Made by a program: the position numbers and the translations under genes. A DNA stretch of 64,000 nt. Origin: a virus. Below, one piece after another: positions 18,513 to 29,040 of this stretch (within the stretch, counting starts at the first letter, position 1; each line of letters opens with the position of its first letter). The notes beneath the pieces were generated by a model. It saw nothing but the letters and a program-made list of their open reading frames with translations, was not told the DNA's origin and searched no databases. Where the stretch lies: the IMG/VR virus record IMGVR_UViG_3300024999_001421; one strand, 5' to 3'.

Positions 18513-19220
18513 TTACAATTTTTTAACTTCCAATTTAACGCTTAAATCAGCGGTGCACGATACGATACTTATTTCTTCCCCACAAAGGGGGCAAGTATCT
18601 GTAGGTAGATTCTTAACCGCTAAATTGTCCTTAGTATCATCCTCGGTCAAAATAACCATGCTTCTGAATTCTATTCCGCAATATGGGCATTTAACATCGG
18701 TATGGGTGATTATTGTTGCTTCGTCATTTTCCTTGACGAAACCATTTTCTTTCATCCAATCAGTTTCAGCTTCAAGAACACTAGCAACGGTTTCAATATC
18801 AATCCCTGTCTCATTGGCAATGCAAGCGGCAACCTCGTCGATATCCATAATCTGAGGCAGTCCAGCAACCTTTCTCGCTTCTTCATACTCACGTTTTGCC
18901 TCGGCAACATCTTCGGGAGAAACTTCCCCGCCTGCCTCGACTTCAGCTTTCCAATTACCAAGGACGTCTCTAATTAACCTACTAGAACGTCTGCTAATGC
19001 CACTAATAATATTCTCAGCGAGTTTTTTATTAGCCCTTAGTCTTGGATCATATTCATCCTCATAAATGCTTTCAAGGATATTAAATATATTCGCTTTGCC
19101 GCTATTATAAACAAGTCCTGCAACTTCAACTGCCAACCACTCAGCATCAATAGTTCCCTTTACTGTTTCTTCACTCAACTTTATTACCTCACTTTTCTTT
19201 GCTCTGCCCTTTGCCTGCAT
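18513..19220 (-). CDS. Hypothetical protein with C-terminal zinc ribbon
   Basis: CPYC...CPLC; own promoter TTGAGA-N17-TATAAT at 19254-19226; probably co-transcribed with the tRNAs. Confidence 0.7.
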   Translation of the reverse strand: MQAKGRAKKSEVIKLSEETVKGTIDAEWLAVEVAGLVYNSGKANIFNILESIYEDEYDPRLRANKKLAENIISGISRRSSRLIRDVLGNWKAEVEAGGEVSPEDVAEAKREYEEARKVAGLPQIMDIDEVAACIANETGIDIETVASVLEAETDWMKENGFVKENDEATIITHTDVKCPYCGIEFRSMVILTEDDTKDNLAVKNLPTDTCPLCGEEISIVSCTADLSVKLEVKKL

Positions 19221-19314
19221 AGATAATTATACCACCACCACACCAATATCTCAACTTAATACGGTAAATTTATTCCGTACTCAGTAGAGTTTTTTTGCAG
19301 AAAAAAAGAACTCC

Positions 19315-19614
19315 TTAGCACCCATCTAATTTAAAGATTTCATGCAGTCTTATTAACTCCAAGGCTTTACTAATAACCCAACTATCGTCAAGCGGTAAAT
19401 TAAACCCTGACGAACCATCAAAACCATCGAATATATCTGCAAAAGGTACGGTTCTGGCTATGTCGGGATAGTCCTTTTGCAGCTGAACTAATTCTCTAGC
19501 CCATTTATCCCATACGTGATCTTCTATGCTTGATGTATTAAACCTGTAGTAAATGCAGGAATGAACATATACTTGCCTACGCCTACGATCTATTAGATTA
19601 TATATTTCGGTCAT
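19315..19614 (-). CDS. Stand-alone NAD-dependent DNA ligase domain-Ia-like protein
   Basis: RRRQVYVHSCIYY..NTSSIEDHVWDKWARELVQLQKDYP resembles LigA Ia (H..YY..D.P.ISD..YD....EL..LE..YP). Confidence 0.7.
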   Translation of the reverse strand: MTEIYNLIDRRRRQVYVHSCIYYRFNTSSIEDHVWDKWARELVQLQKDYPDIARTVPFADIFDGFDGSSGFNLPLDDSWVISKALELIRLHEIFKLDGC

Positions 19615-19925
19615 ATTTCACCTCTGATTTATCAAAAAAAAATCAGACAACCGTTACCGTAGTTGCCTGCTTAATTTCATGGATTACTACTACTAGATTC
19701 AACAATAATTACTTGTTACACGGAGGAATTCACCTGCCTTCATATTAAATTTGTCGGAGTGACCGCCATGTGCGCTTGTCACGCGAGACAGAGGCGTAGC
19801 GATCAATGAGATTATTATATCACTCGGATAATTATGTTGCAACCGTTTACGGTAGAAGTATGCTGTAAAAAGTTTATGGGGAAATAAAAAACTCCCTCAG
19901 TTAGAGAGAGTTTTGTGTGTTTAAG

Positions 19926-20372
19926 TTAGTTGACTACTTCCCAATCATCGGCAAGCATGTCTGTTTGTGATGCAAGCCAACCCATAAGAATCTCACCTGT
20001 AACAGTTTTCATAATAATTAGCGGCAACACCTCTGCTTGCCCGCCGTTTTCTTCGGCAAATTTACGGGAATGAGGATTCCAGAAACCTTCTGCTGCAAGC
20101 ATATTGCCACCATTAGGACCATCCCCAGTGCCGGACAGAGCTAGCCACATACCTTTCCCATTCCAATTGGAACGAGCAACTTTAAATCCTTGCTTCATGG
20201 CTTCTATTGCCAGGCCAAATGTCATGCCGTTAGTTTTATGATATGCTTCCTCAAATACATCTTTAGGACTCCAACTAACATATCCATCAGGATAAACAAC
20301 TTTATATCCTTCCTCATTGTTTCTCATTTGTCTTTCTGATTCAATAATTTTAACACAGATATATTTTTCCAT
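19926..20372 (-). CDS. DUF2829 / Tad2-like anti-Thoeris sponge protein with an extra N-terminal domain
   Basis: MTFGLAIEAMKQGFKVARSNWNGKGMWL...GWLASQTDMLADDWEVV is the DUF2829 signature; own promoter and terminator. Confidence 0.85.
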   Translation of the reverse strand: MEKYICVKIIESERQMRNNEEGYKVVYPDGYVSWSPKDVFEEAYHKTNGMTFGLAIEAMKQGFKVARSNWNGKGMWLALSGTGDGPNGGNMLAAEGFWNPHSRKFAEENGGQAEVLPLIIMKTVTGEILMGWLASQTDMLADDWEVVN

Positions 20373-20497
20373 TACCCTATCCCTCCATAGTCCTCTATTA
20401 GTCATTCAATTATACTACTCAGCAAATAATAATTCAACCGTTTACGGTATATTCATACCTAAAGCAGGAGAAACAATGTCCAACATAGAATAGTAAT

Positions 20498-20588
20498 AGT
20501 ACATCTAACCGGATTATCTTACTGGCATAAAATAATCCCAAGTATATCTACAACAAAGGTCGCCTCCCACGGTCGGCCTATTTTTTTA
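20498..20588 (+). ncRNA. Candidate sigma-H-dependent small RNA
   Basis: AGGA-N18-GAAT at 20466-20491, no ORF, terminator hairpin exposing CCTCCC followed by a T tract. Confidence 0.45.
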
Positions 20589-20697
20589 CCCAAAAACAAA
20601 ACTCCCCTAAATTAATAGGAGAGTTTGCCCGGCAGTCGTTCCTTACGCGCAGAAGTAACGATTATTGCCTAAATTTATGTCTGACCATTGTTGTCGT

Positions 20698-20860
20698 TTA
20701 AGCGGGCAAGAAATTTCATCTTGCATGATAGTATTTATCGAGTACGCCGTTAATAGGCTACCTAACTACCTTACGAGGGGTATATGCTTCTTGGGACTGT
20801 TTCCAGTGTTTACCGTCCTCCACTATACCTTACTAAGCGTCTTATTCCGCCACCGCTTAA
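20698..20860 (-). ncRNA. Skipping-rope-like phage ncRNA with tRNA-like ends
   Basis: Closing stem TTAAGCGG/CCGCTTAA, 5' GTGGCGGAATAAGACGC, 3' CATGCAAGATGAAATTTCTTGC; own promoter at 20917-20889 and terminator at ~20598-20626. Family match is from memory. Confidence 0.65.
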
Positions 20861-20992
20861 TTAAAACAAGTTCCCGCTAAGTACAAACATTATACCACTC
20901 CCTAAAAACAATTTCAACTTCTTTTCCCTAAAACTTACCTGAAATATAGACAACCTTACCCTACATAACTTATAACAACAGGGGGTGGTACA

Positions 20993-21217
20993 TTGTTCGA
21001 TATGCTTATGAGTCATTCACATGCTAAATCCCTTGATAATAAAGCAATGTTTGATACCTTGGATTCTATCTATCCCGAAAGAGAACTTTACAGCATGCCC
21101 TTGGATTGGCGTAAGGATAAACAGTATATCCTTAAGGCCAAGGGCGCAAAGGGAGATGTGCTTGTCGGATGGAAAGAAGTAAAATATTCAAAGGAGTGGA
21201 GCGACGCATGGCTTTAA
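20993..21217 (+). CDS. Hypothetical protein
   Basis: GGGGGTG RBS; first gene of the FtsK operon. Confidence 0.5.
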   Translation: MFDMLMSHSHAKSLDNKAMFDTLDSIYPERELYSMPLDWRKDKQYILKAKGAKGDVLVGWKEVKYSKEWSDAWL

Positions 21218-21349
21218 TGACAATCGGCACAACATTATTAACTATCAGCGTTTACAGTTTAATTGAAATACTTTACATGAAACGTGAAAAAATTAAATCG
21301 GTGTGGACTGAGACAGACAATATTCCGGACAGTAAGGAGTCGTGGGGTA

Positions 21350-22585
21350 ATGAGTAACGGTTATGGTTCGGCCAATGCGTTTGACGGATTAGGTAAGGGT
21401 ATTTGGATGGGCGTGGATGCCGGGGCCCGCTGCATTACCGATGTGGTGAAATATTTTGCAGATAAATACGGTGATAACAAGAGGGATAAAACTAAGGAGT
21501 TATTTAGAAATGTTGGCATGGTACGGAAAGATGGAGAAACCGGGAAAATCAATCAACCGGTAATTATGAAACAGATTAAGACAGATTACGGAATTCATAT
21601 GATCGTTAAACCCTATCCCGGCATATGGATAGGTGACTTCTTTAAATACCATGCTCAGCTAGAATCTGCCTTAAATGCCGAAGTGCAGATTACGCAGGAC
21701 AGTAAAGGTTATATCCATCTGAGAGTGTTTACGAGGGGCATACCGAGGCGCTTTAAGTATGTAGGTAGTTTGGCTAGTAGGGCGAAGAAATACCCTTGCG
21801 CCGTGCCTGTGGGTATCGGCAGGGAGGGTTTGGTTATGCTTAATCTGTCGGATGATGAATGTTTTTCCGTGTTGGTTGCCGGGATGCCCGGGGGCGGTAA
21901 ATCATCATTTATCCGGCAGGCGTTAATGTCTCTTGTCGTTAACTATACTCCGGACGAAGTTATTCTTTATTTAGTTGACATGAAACAGGGAGGCGTTGAA
22001 TTGTCGGGATTTCAATTGGCTCCGCATGTTAAGGATTTCGCTTGCAATTTGGCCGGCGCCAAAAGGGTACTTACCGCCGCATTTGCCGAATTGGATTATC
22101 GGGCTAAGTTGATTAGTAAGGCCAACGTGTCCTCTATTGCCGATTACAACAAGGTAAGTAAGGAAAAGATGTCCCATGCCGTTATTGTTATTGACGAATG
22201 GATGAGTCTTGACGAGGACGCTAAGAAGTTAGCATTAACGCTGGTACAGCAAGGAAGGTTTGCTGGGATCCACACGATTATTTGCACACAGCATCCTTCA
22301 TGCAAAGTGGTATCAGGAGAAGTCAGAAGTTTAATCCCGGCAACGATAGCTTTTAAGGTTAGTTCGCGTAGATATTCTAGGATGGTGTTAGGCGAGGAAC
22401 GTAATCAAGCGGCATATCTTGAATGTCCCGGCAGGTGTATATTCCAAGCCAAGGAACGTATGCGAAAAGTTCAAGTCATGGATTTGCACCCCGGCATGAT
22501 TAAGGGAATGATTAAAGAGGTGTACCCGTCCGATAAAGTTGTTACCGTTTTAGCTACCGAGGAAGATAAGGTTTTGAGTTGGTAA
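21350..22585 (+). CDS. FtsK/SpoIIIE-domain ATPase
   Basis: Walker A GMPGGGKS, YLVDMK.GVEL, Walker B VIVIDE, GRFAGIH.IICTQHP. Confidence 0.92.
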   Translation: MSNGYGSANAFDGLGKGIWMGVDAGARCITDVVKYFADKYGDNKRDKTKELFRNVGMVRKDGETGKINQPVIMKQIKTDYGIHMIVKPYPGIWIGDFFKYHAQLESALNAEVQITQDSKGYIHLRVFTRGIPRRFKYVGSLASRAKKYPCAVPVGIGREGLVMLNLSDDECFSVLVAGMPGGGKSSFIRQALMSLVVNYTPDEVILYLVDMKQGGVELSGFQLAPHVKDFACNLAGAKRVLTAAFAELDYRAKLISKANVSSIADYNKVSKEKMSHAVIVIDEWMSLDEDAKKLALTLVQQGRFAGIHTIICTQHPSCKVVSGEVRSLIPATIAFKVSSRRYSRMVLGEERNQAAYLECPGRCIFQAKERMRKVQVMDLHPGMIKGMIKEVYPSDKVVTVLATEEDKVLSW

Positions 22586-22653
22586 ATATACCGATAAATA
22601 TATTAATCCGTATATCGTAAACCACTTGTTTTAAATGTGAGGTGTTAATCCTT

Positions 22654-23283
22654 ATGTCTGCTGAAAATTTGGCGTTTGTTAGTTTTCCGATTCGTTCTAC
22701 TCAAAGACGTTTTGATATTATAAATTTCCTTAAAGATTTTGGCGTTCTTTCTCGTCGGCAAGTTAATCAGTTATTGTTTGATGAGAGCAATTATGGTCAG
22801 CACAAATGCAGAACGGAGTTAAAAAAACTCTTTGATGCTAAGTTGATTTACCGAGGCAGATGTATGTCCTGCAACGATTATATTTATTGGATGGGAAAAC
22901 AACCAAAGCACGTTGAACATAGGATAGGTATCAATCAGATATTCCTTAATTTGCGGCATATTAACCCCGTATTCAAGAGTGATTTCGATTTTGGTATTGG
23001 GATAGCTGATGCGTTTATAGTTGTCGAAAATAGGCCGTATTTTGTTGAGTATCAAAGGGCGATTAATCATTCCGATATGTCGGTTAAGATTCAGCAATAC
23101 GAGCAATATGCGCTTAGTCGCAAATGGGATACCGAAAGTTGGCCCATACCGGGCAAGTTTGCGAGAGTTGTTGTAGTGGTTGATAACCTGAAAGATAAGG
23201 CAAGGATTGAGAAGTTGACTAAGGGCAGTAAAGTAGTGTTTTATGTGTGCCTATTAAGCGAAGTAAAGGACGTGATTAAATGA
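22654..23283 (+). CDS. Replication-relaxation (Replic_Relax) family protein
   Basis: N-terminal wHTH, HVEHRIGIN, ADAFI....YFVEYQR...KIQQYEQY; standard partner of FtsK. Confidence 0.8.
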   Translation: MSAENLAFVSFPIRSTQRRFDIINFLKDFGVLSRRQVNQLLFDESNYGQHKCRTELKKLFDAKLIYRGRCMSCNDYIYWMGKQPKHVEHRIGINQIFLNLRHINPVFKSDFDFGIGIADAFIVVENRPYFVEYQRAINHSDMSVKIQQYEQYALSRKWDTESWPIPGKFARVVVVVDNLKDKARIEKLTKGSKVVFYVCLLSEVKDVIK

Positions 23284-23497
23284 GTTTAGCGGGAGCAGGT
23301 CGGGGCATTGGATATATTTTAGGAACTCTGTATCATTTAGGACCGCCGGACAATACTCCTGACCATGAGAAGTATTACAAGAAACAGGTTCGCAAAGAAA
23401 AAATATTCAATAAGCGGATGGAGTCGCTTTACGGTGATGCCTGGGAGAAGATTAGGGATAGTAGAGTGGTTGCAAATCATAATAGGATGATTGGTCG

Positions 23498-23731
23498 ATG
23501 ATGTATAGAGCAGGAAACTATCTAGGTTACATATACGATGCAAAGGTTTATGATGAACCTTCGAGGTTAGGCATAGACAACGGCAGAATATTGAAATTGG
23601 CCGTATATGAATACAGAAACTATGACCATAGAGAGGTTATTATTAACTATGATAGAGGTTGGGACGTATGGCCGAAGGATGCCGGTCATTATAGTGCATA
23701 TAGAGAAATTAAAAGGCGTTTATTGGAGTAA
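23498..23731 (+). CDS. Conserved phage hypothetical protein
   Basis: AKVYDEPS..GIDNGRILKL...INYDRGWD motif; terminator at ~23727-23752. Confidence 0.65.
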   Translation: MMYRAGNYLGYIYDAKVYDEPSRLGIDNGRILKLAVYEYRNYDHREVIINYDRGWDVWPKDAGHYSAYREIKRRLLE

Positions 23732-23833
23732 CCCGAAAGGGTTACTCTTTTTCGGTACACTTGTGCTGGATGCGGTAGAAAAGTATTGCATTGTATGTCT
23801 AAACGGTATATAATATATGTGAGGTGAGCACAA

Positions 23834-23968
23834 TTGAAGCGCAGAAGTATTTTTATGGATGATGAAAGACACGGTAAATTGAAGAAGGAGGCAGACAAAC
23901 AGAAATTAAAAGTTTCGGAGTTGATTCGCAGGATTATTGATGAATGGCTAAATAGAAAGGGGATATAG
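23834..23968 (+). CDS. Ribbon-helix-helix (CopG-like) regulator, not in ORF track
   Basis: MKRRSIFMDDERHGKLKKEADKQKLKVSELIRRIIDEWL; GAGGTG RBS and TTGCAT-N17-TATAAT upstream. Confidence 0.7.
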   Translation: MKRRSIFMDDERHGKLKKEADKQKLKVSELIRRIIDEWLNRKGI

Positions 23969-24499
23969 ATGTTTGTATTTGACAATGAAAACGAATTAAG
24001 AGATTATTTGACCGATAACTTTGACAGGTATTTTGGTTTTAATTATCTGGGAAACGAACTCAGGGTTTCTAATACTGGACATAGGGTAGATATGGCAGGA
24101 GAAGATAGCGACAATATCTACTTAATAGAACTTAAAAGAGACGCTGTTACGGTGAAAAATATTTTACAAATAATGGATTATGTTAAACTTTATCATCCAG
24201 ATACAAATAAAGGCATTGTTGGTATTATGGCTGCACCCAAGGTGGATAGTGAAGTATTGACCATAATTAAAGACATGCCAAATATTATTACTATGGAGAT
24301 CCCAGGCGTTAAATATGCACACGATGGTAAGACAAAATTAAGAAATCGTTCATACATTAGTTCAACATTAAGGAATGACCTATATAAGGAATTGGTTGGT
24401 GTGTCTAAAGAAACTGGAATACAATTTTCTAAATTACTAGATAGGGTACTAGAATCTTATTTTAATAAAATAAAAAACAAAGTTCGTACTAACAACTAA
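23969..24499 (+). CDS. NucS-like PD-(D/E)xK nuclease fused to a C-terminal RHH
   Basis: E.ELRDYL...RVDMAGED....YLIELKR...QI..Y; C-terminal YISSTLRNDLYKEL..VSKETGIQFSKLLDR. Confidence 0.7.
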   Translation: MFVFDNENELRDYLTDNFDRYFGFNYLGNELRVSNTGHRVDMAGEDSDNIYLIELKRDAVTVKNILQIMDYVKLYHPDTNKGIVGIMAAPKVDSEVLTIIKDMPNIITMEIPGVKYAHDGKTKLRNRSYISSTLRNDLYKELVGVSKETGIQFSKLLDRVLESYFNKIKNKVRTNN

Positions 24500-25152
24500 G
24501 GTATTGGATAACGCTTCTATCGCATACCTTAAAGAACTGAAAAAGTGGAAGGAGGATAAATAATGTTTGAGGCATACGATTCACAACACTTTGAGACAGG
24601 CCGCGAGGAACCGGCGTTATTAGACGCAAAAACTGCTAAGAGCGAGAAGGGCGATTCTAACGAATTTTTCTTTCAACTTGTTCGTAGTTTTCTTAATATG
24701 ACTCCCTGTGTTGTTAGGTCTAGGCATGATGATGCTTGTTCTGATTGCGCCGTTACTGATAGTTGTGATTGGTACAAATCTATGGTGGATATTGCCAGTA
24801 GATTAAAGGTGAGGGAGGAAAGTTAATTGTATCTACTCGTTTACCATATACATGAATGTTGTTGCGGTTGGGCGTTTATCCCAGATGATTTAATTGACAT
24901 AGTTTGGGAAGTTAAAAGACGTATTGCGCCTGATGATGTTATTTGGTACTAAGGGGGAAGCAGTTTGACCAAAGAAAAACTAATTTCTCAATTAGAAGAA
25001 TCGCACCTTAAATTCTCTTGCTCTCCGCTTGGCCATGATATGAGACATAATTGCAAACCTTCTATGGGTCGCGCTGAGTTGGTTGCCGAGTTGTCTAAGA
25101 TGAATGAACCGTTGTCGGATAAAGTAAGGGGAATAAGGAAGGAGGAAAGTTA

Positions 25153-25583
25153 ATGATCTCACTAAAAATGGCAAAAAACTTAAGGATGCTGGATTACTAT
25201 GGATACCGGAAGACGGCGACTTTTTCGCAACCGGTGCAGAGCAGGGGTGGGATAACATATTTGTTGTATCAGGCAGTCACGACTCAGTTCCCGAATTGGG
25301 CGGTAAAAGATGGTTTTTTTATGGTCATCTATGTAACCGTGATGGTGGGCGTTATATGAGTTCTACAGCTTGCGACAGTATGAACATGGATGGCGTAACA
25401 CCTGAGAGATTTACCGACGGTAAGGTTTATTCCGTTAATGATTTTATTTTTGTTCCGAGACTTGACCAATTAATTGCCGAAATCAGAAAACGTGGTTATA
25501 AATGGTTCCCTGATATGGAGTCACTTGAAGAATCGGCAGGTAAGACATTATTATGGATTATTAGGAGGGAGGAAATAGAGTGA
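25153..25583 (+). pseudogene. Conserved phage gene split by a 1-nt frameshift in the A6 run at 25173-25178
   Basis: Adding one A gives MISLKMAKKLKDAGLLWIPEDGDFF...FVPRLDQLIAEIRKRGY as one continuous frame. Confidence 0.6.
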
Positions 25584-27469
25584 AGCAGCAAGATATAGAA
25601 TTAAAAATAACTGAACTCGAAGAAGTTATAATAGACACCGGACTAGATATATTTGATCTAAAATGCAAACTCTTGGAGTTGAAAACAGGTTTTAAGGCAG
25701 AGCAGTTAGTTGAAAATGAAAAGGGTGAGCGTGGTATACTTGTTCTTCCATTTATTGGAGATTTCATGGATTGGTATTGGCATAAGTTAAAGAAGAACGG
25801 AGAACCAAGAGCAGGCAAACAATGGATTTGTGATAAATTTAAGGTAGTAGAATAATGCCCTTCGACTACAACAAAACAGAACCGGAATACTGCCTTGGGT
25901 GCGGTCGAAAGTTGACCGCTGTGGAAAGGGTAGAGGGAAAATGTGAGAAATGTGGAGGTAGAACGTGATGTGGTGGACGTTTATTGAAAATATAATAATG
26001 AATATATGTGTCGTGCTAGTAGCGCTATTGTTATTCGCATTAATACTTGGATTTGCTTTTATCTGCAACGTGATGACAGATACAAATGCCTTGATATTCT
26101 CAGGGATAGTTTTTGTTATACTATTAGTCATAATTTCCTGGATAGAGTGTCAATAATTGCGGGGAGGTAGTAGGTTGATTATAAATGACCTTGTTTTAGA
26201 TGCAGTTGAAAAAATACTCGAAATAAAACTATACGACCTTCAAAGAAAGTATATTTTAGGTCAAGGCGGATACTGGTATGGTGCAAGACGCTCTGGAAAG
26301 ACTTTGGCTTATTGCATTAAATTGGCGTTATCAGACGGTGAGCCGCTAAACACTAGAAAAGCATACTCATTTTGCGACGATGATTATGGCAATTCGAGTA
26401 ATATAGTTAGTTATAGTAAGTGGTTTCTGAGTAGATTTATGGAGATATGGAGTAAATTAAAAGATGCTGGATTTCCCGTAAGGGAAGTTGAGAAATGTGG
26501 GAGGTGGAGGAATGAGTAACGTATTATACTTAGATTGGCTAAAATCTCTAAAAGTAGGGGATAAGGTTGTCTATACCTTTCGGGGCATAATTACTGTTGA
26601 CAAGGTTGAGATAATAACGCCGAAGGGTTTAATTAGACTTGAAAGCGGTGAGTCGGTAGATATATTTGGCATGAGAGTACTTCCTAGTAGGCATGATGAT
26701 ATTTTTCAGATTGAACCGCTTACTCCTGAGATTGAGGAAAAGGTATCTAAAATGGCAATGGCAAGAAAGTTAGAGAAATACCCGTTCTATCTTCTCAGCA
26801 AAGAGCAACTAGAGAGGATAATGGAGATTATTGAGGAGGTAGTGGAATGAGAAATTATTGCGAACTAGCACAGAAGGAATGTAACAGAGGGAGTTGCATG
26901 TATTGTCCTTATATAGAGGCGGTCAATGATGCCGCAAATACTTTAGGAGTAGGTGATGGTGATGAAAACAACATCAATCCGTAGTTGTCAGGTGTGCGGC
27001 AAACACTTCATCCCCGGCGACATAGTGTATTTCGTGCCGCTGGACAACAATATCGTTTGCCATGTCTGTGCCATACCGCACGATAAGACTTTTGAGCGCA
27101 TGGTAGAGATAGAAAGTTCCTGTAGTCCTGCAACTATCCGCTATAATGCCCTGATGGATATTTTAAGGCATGGCGGGATTACTCCTACCCATGACGAAGA
27201 AAATTTTTTAGAGTGGTTCGGCGCATGGGACAATAACACTACTGCTACCCTGGGTGGGTTACTAGAGAAGTGCTTGAAGGCGGGTGGTAAGAATGACGTA
27301 TCTCGAAAAGTTCCTATCAGAAAACCAAGACGCTCAGGATGAAGAATATCTTGATATCTGCGTCTATATCTACTTTCCTGGTAGTGTCGGGTGCGGTGAT
27401 GCGTTCTTTAAAAATCCCGATCTGTGCGTCGAACATTGGAACTCTGAGTATAGGGAGGTTAACCGTTGA
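25580..27469 (+). other. Cluster of small hypothetical phage genes (25580-25855, 25965-26156, 26157-26519, 26488-26850, 26953-27342, 27284-27469)
   Basis: Tightly packed or overlapping ORFs with RBSs; 26157 carries a Walker-A-like GARRSGKT. Confidence 0.55.
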
Positions 27470-28016
27470 GCAACCTAAAATCCAAAATACATACGTGCCG
27501 AGAGAAGTTGGCGTATGTGATTAACCGATTGGCAAGTAAATTGTAGGGGGTTAATCGTTGAGTAATAAAGACTTATGCCATCATTGCACTAGGTTTAGCA
27601 ATGCAATACATAGTGAACCTTGCCGTAGGTGTAGTGCATTACAGGGTGATGGATATAAAAGTTATTGGGTTGATAGAAAAAGTTTTAAGGGGAGGTTATT
27701 TTTAAAGTTATCGTTTTTGTTTAAATAACTTCTCCGCCACGACAACTTCTTCTCCTGCCGCTCAATAAATTCTTCTGAACGCTGAACACGACTAATAAGA
27801 TGCTCAACTTTTTTAACGAGTTGGGCATTGGAAAGGAGATATAAATAAATGATAAAAATAGAGGAACCTGATTTTAAAAAATCAGAGTGCTCCAATTGTT
27901 TTTCTATGGACGATGTAAAAAAGGTAGTAATAGAAACACCGTCAATGAGGGGAACACAAAGCACCAGCATAAAACTTTGTCAGAAATGCAGGGAAGAGTT
28001 AAAAAACAAATTATAA

Positions 28017-28880
28017 TTAACTAAATAACCTTTTCCACCAAGAACGCTTACCAAGGCGTTCTTTTTCCTTTTCTTCTCTCCATGCAGTTATAGCCCGTGT
28101 GATAATATCTCCTTCCCTGCGCTCCATATCCTCTATAATATTTTTAATAGCAGCGTGAGACTCTCTCAGTTCGCGATCTTTTTCTTTTTTCAATTCCTCG
28201 AACATAGATATAAACGTATCCATTTGCAAAGAAATAGCTTTTTCTAATTCCAGTTTATTTTCCTGCTTCATGTTGTTTATAGTTTCGGTAAAATCTTTTA
28301 TTGCCATAGTATAGGAATTTAATTCATCCCTGGTAACGAAATTTTCTACAACGGAAGGAATGTACTCTGACACTTCTGAGTTTTCCACTATTTTTACTTC
28401 TTGCTTTATATCCTGCTCCAATTCTTCCACTTCTTCTACTAATGGAATTTTAACCCCATCCGGTTTTCCATGCCGCCACTTTTCCAGGTTTTCTATGCTA
28501 ATCATCTTCTTATTTCTATCCCACAGATAAGGCATACCGTCTTTGTTTATGCGGTTTCTAATAGTTTTCGTGGTGCAATCAAGATACTTTGCCGCCTCTT
28601 CTACGCTGAGATATTCATTTTCTGCTTTTCCCACTAATCTGATTGTCACTTTTCCCACTTCCTCCGTGTTTTCTATCTTGTTTCTATCTAAATTTCTAGC
28701 TAAATACATCTTAAGTGCATTACTTTTAGCTATTAAAACCTTATAATCATAATCATCATTATCAAGATTATTATATATGTGCGAATTTTCTATGAATTTT
28801 CTATGAATTTTCTCACTAAATCCGTTCCCACTTCCCACCTTCTCATAGAAACTCTCCAATTTCCTCAACGCCTGCCCCAT
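28017..28880 (-). CDS. HTH + coiled-coil + amphipathic-tail protein (TubY/DUF3967-like, possible partition factor)
   Basis: YLSVEEAAKYLDCTTKTIRNRI HTH, long coiled coil, terminal KRSWWKRLFS helix. Confidence 0.6.
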   Translation of the reverse strand: MGQALRKLESFYEKVGSGNGFSEKIHRKFIENSHIYNNLDNDDYDYKVLIAKSNALKMYLARNLDRNKIENTEEVGKVTIRLVGKAENEYLSVEEAAKYLDCTTKTIRNRINKDGMPYLWDRNKKMISIENLEKWRHGKPDGVKIPLVEEVEELEQDIKQEVKIVENSEVSEYIPSVVENFVTRDELNSYTMAIKDFTETINNMKQENKLELEKAISLQMDTFISMFEELKKEKDRELRESHAAIKNIIEDMERREGDIITRAITAWREEKEKERLGKRSWWKRLFS

Positions 28881-28956
28881 TAAAATTACCCCCACTCTAA
28901 AAATTTCCATGGCGGAGAGTATTGACATTTTGACCGCATTTGCTTAAAATAACAAT

Positions 28957-29040
28957 AGCAAAGCGAGCAGAGAACGCCTCCGCTTTTGGATAAAGGCACC
29001 CATTCCGGCCAAGGTTGAGGGTGTCTTTCGGCATTTATTT
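28957..29040 (+). ncRNA. Antisense (countertranscript) RNA over the leader of 28017-28880
   Basis: TTGACA-N17-TAAAAT (28922-28950) faces TTGATA-N17-TAGAAT (29076-29048, minus strand); two hairpins lie between them. Confidence 0.55.
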
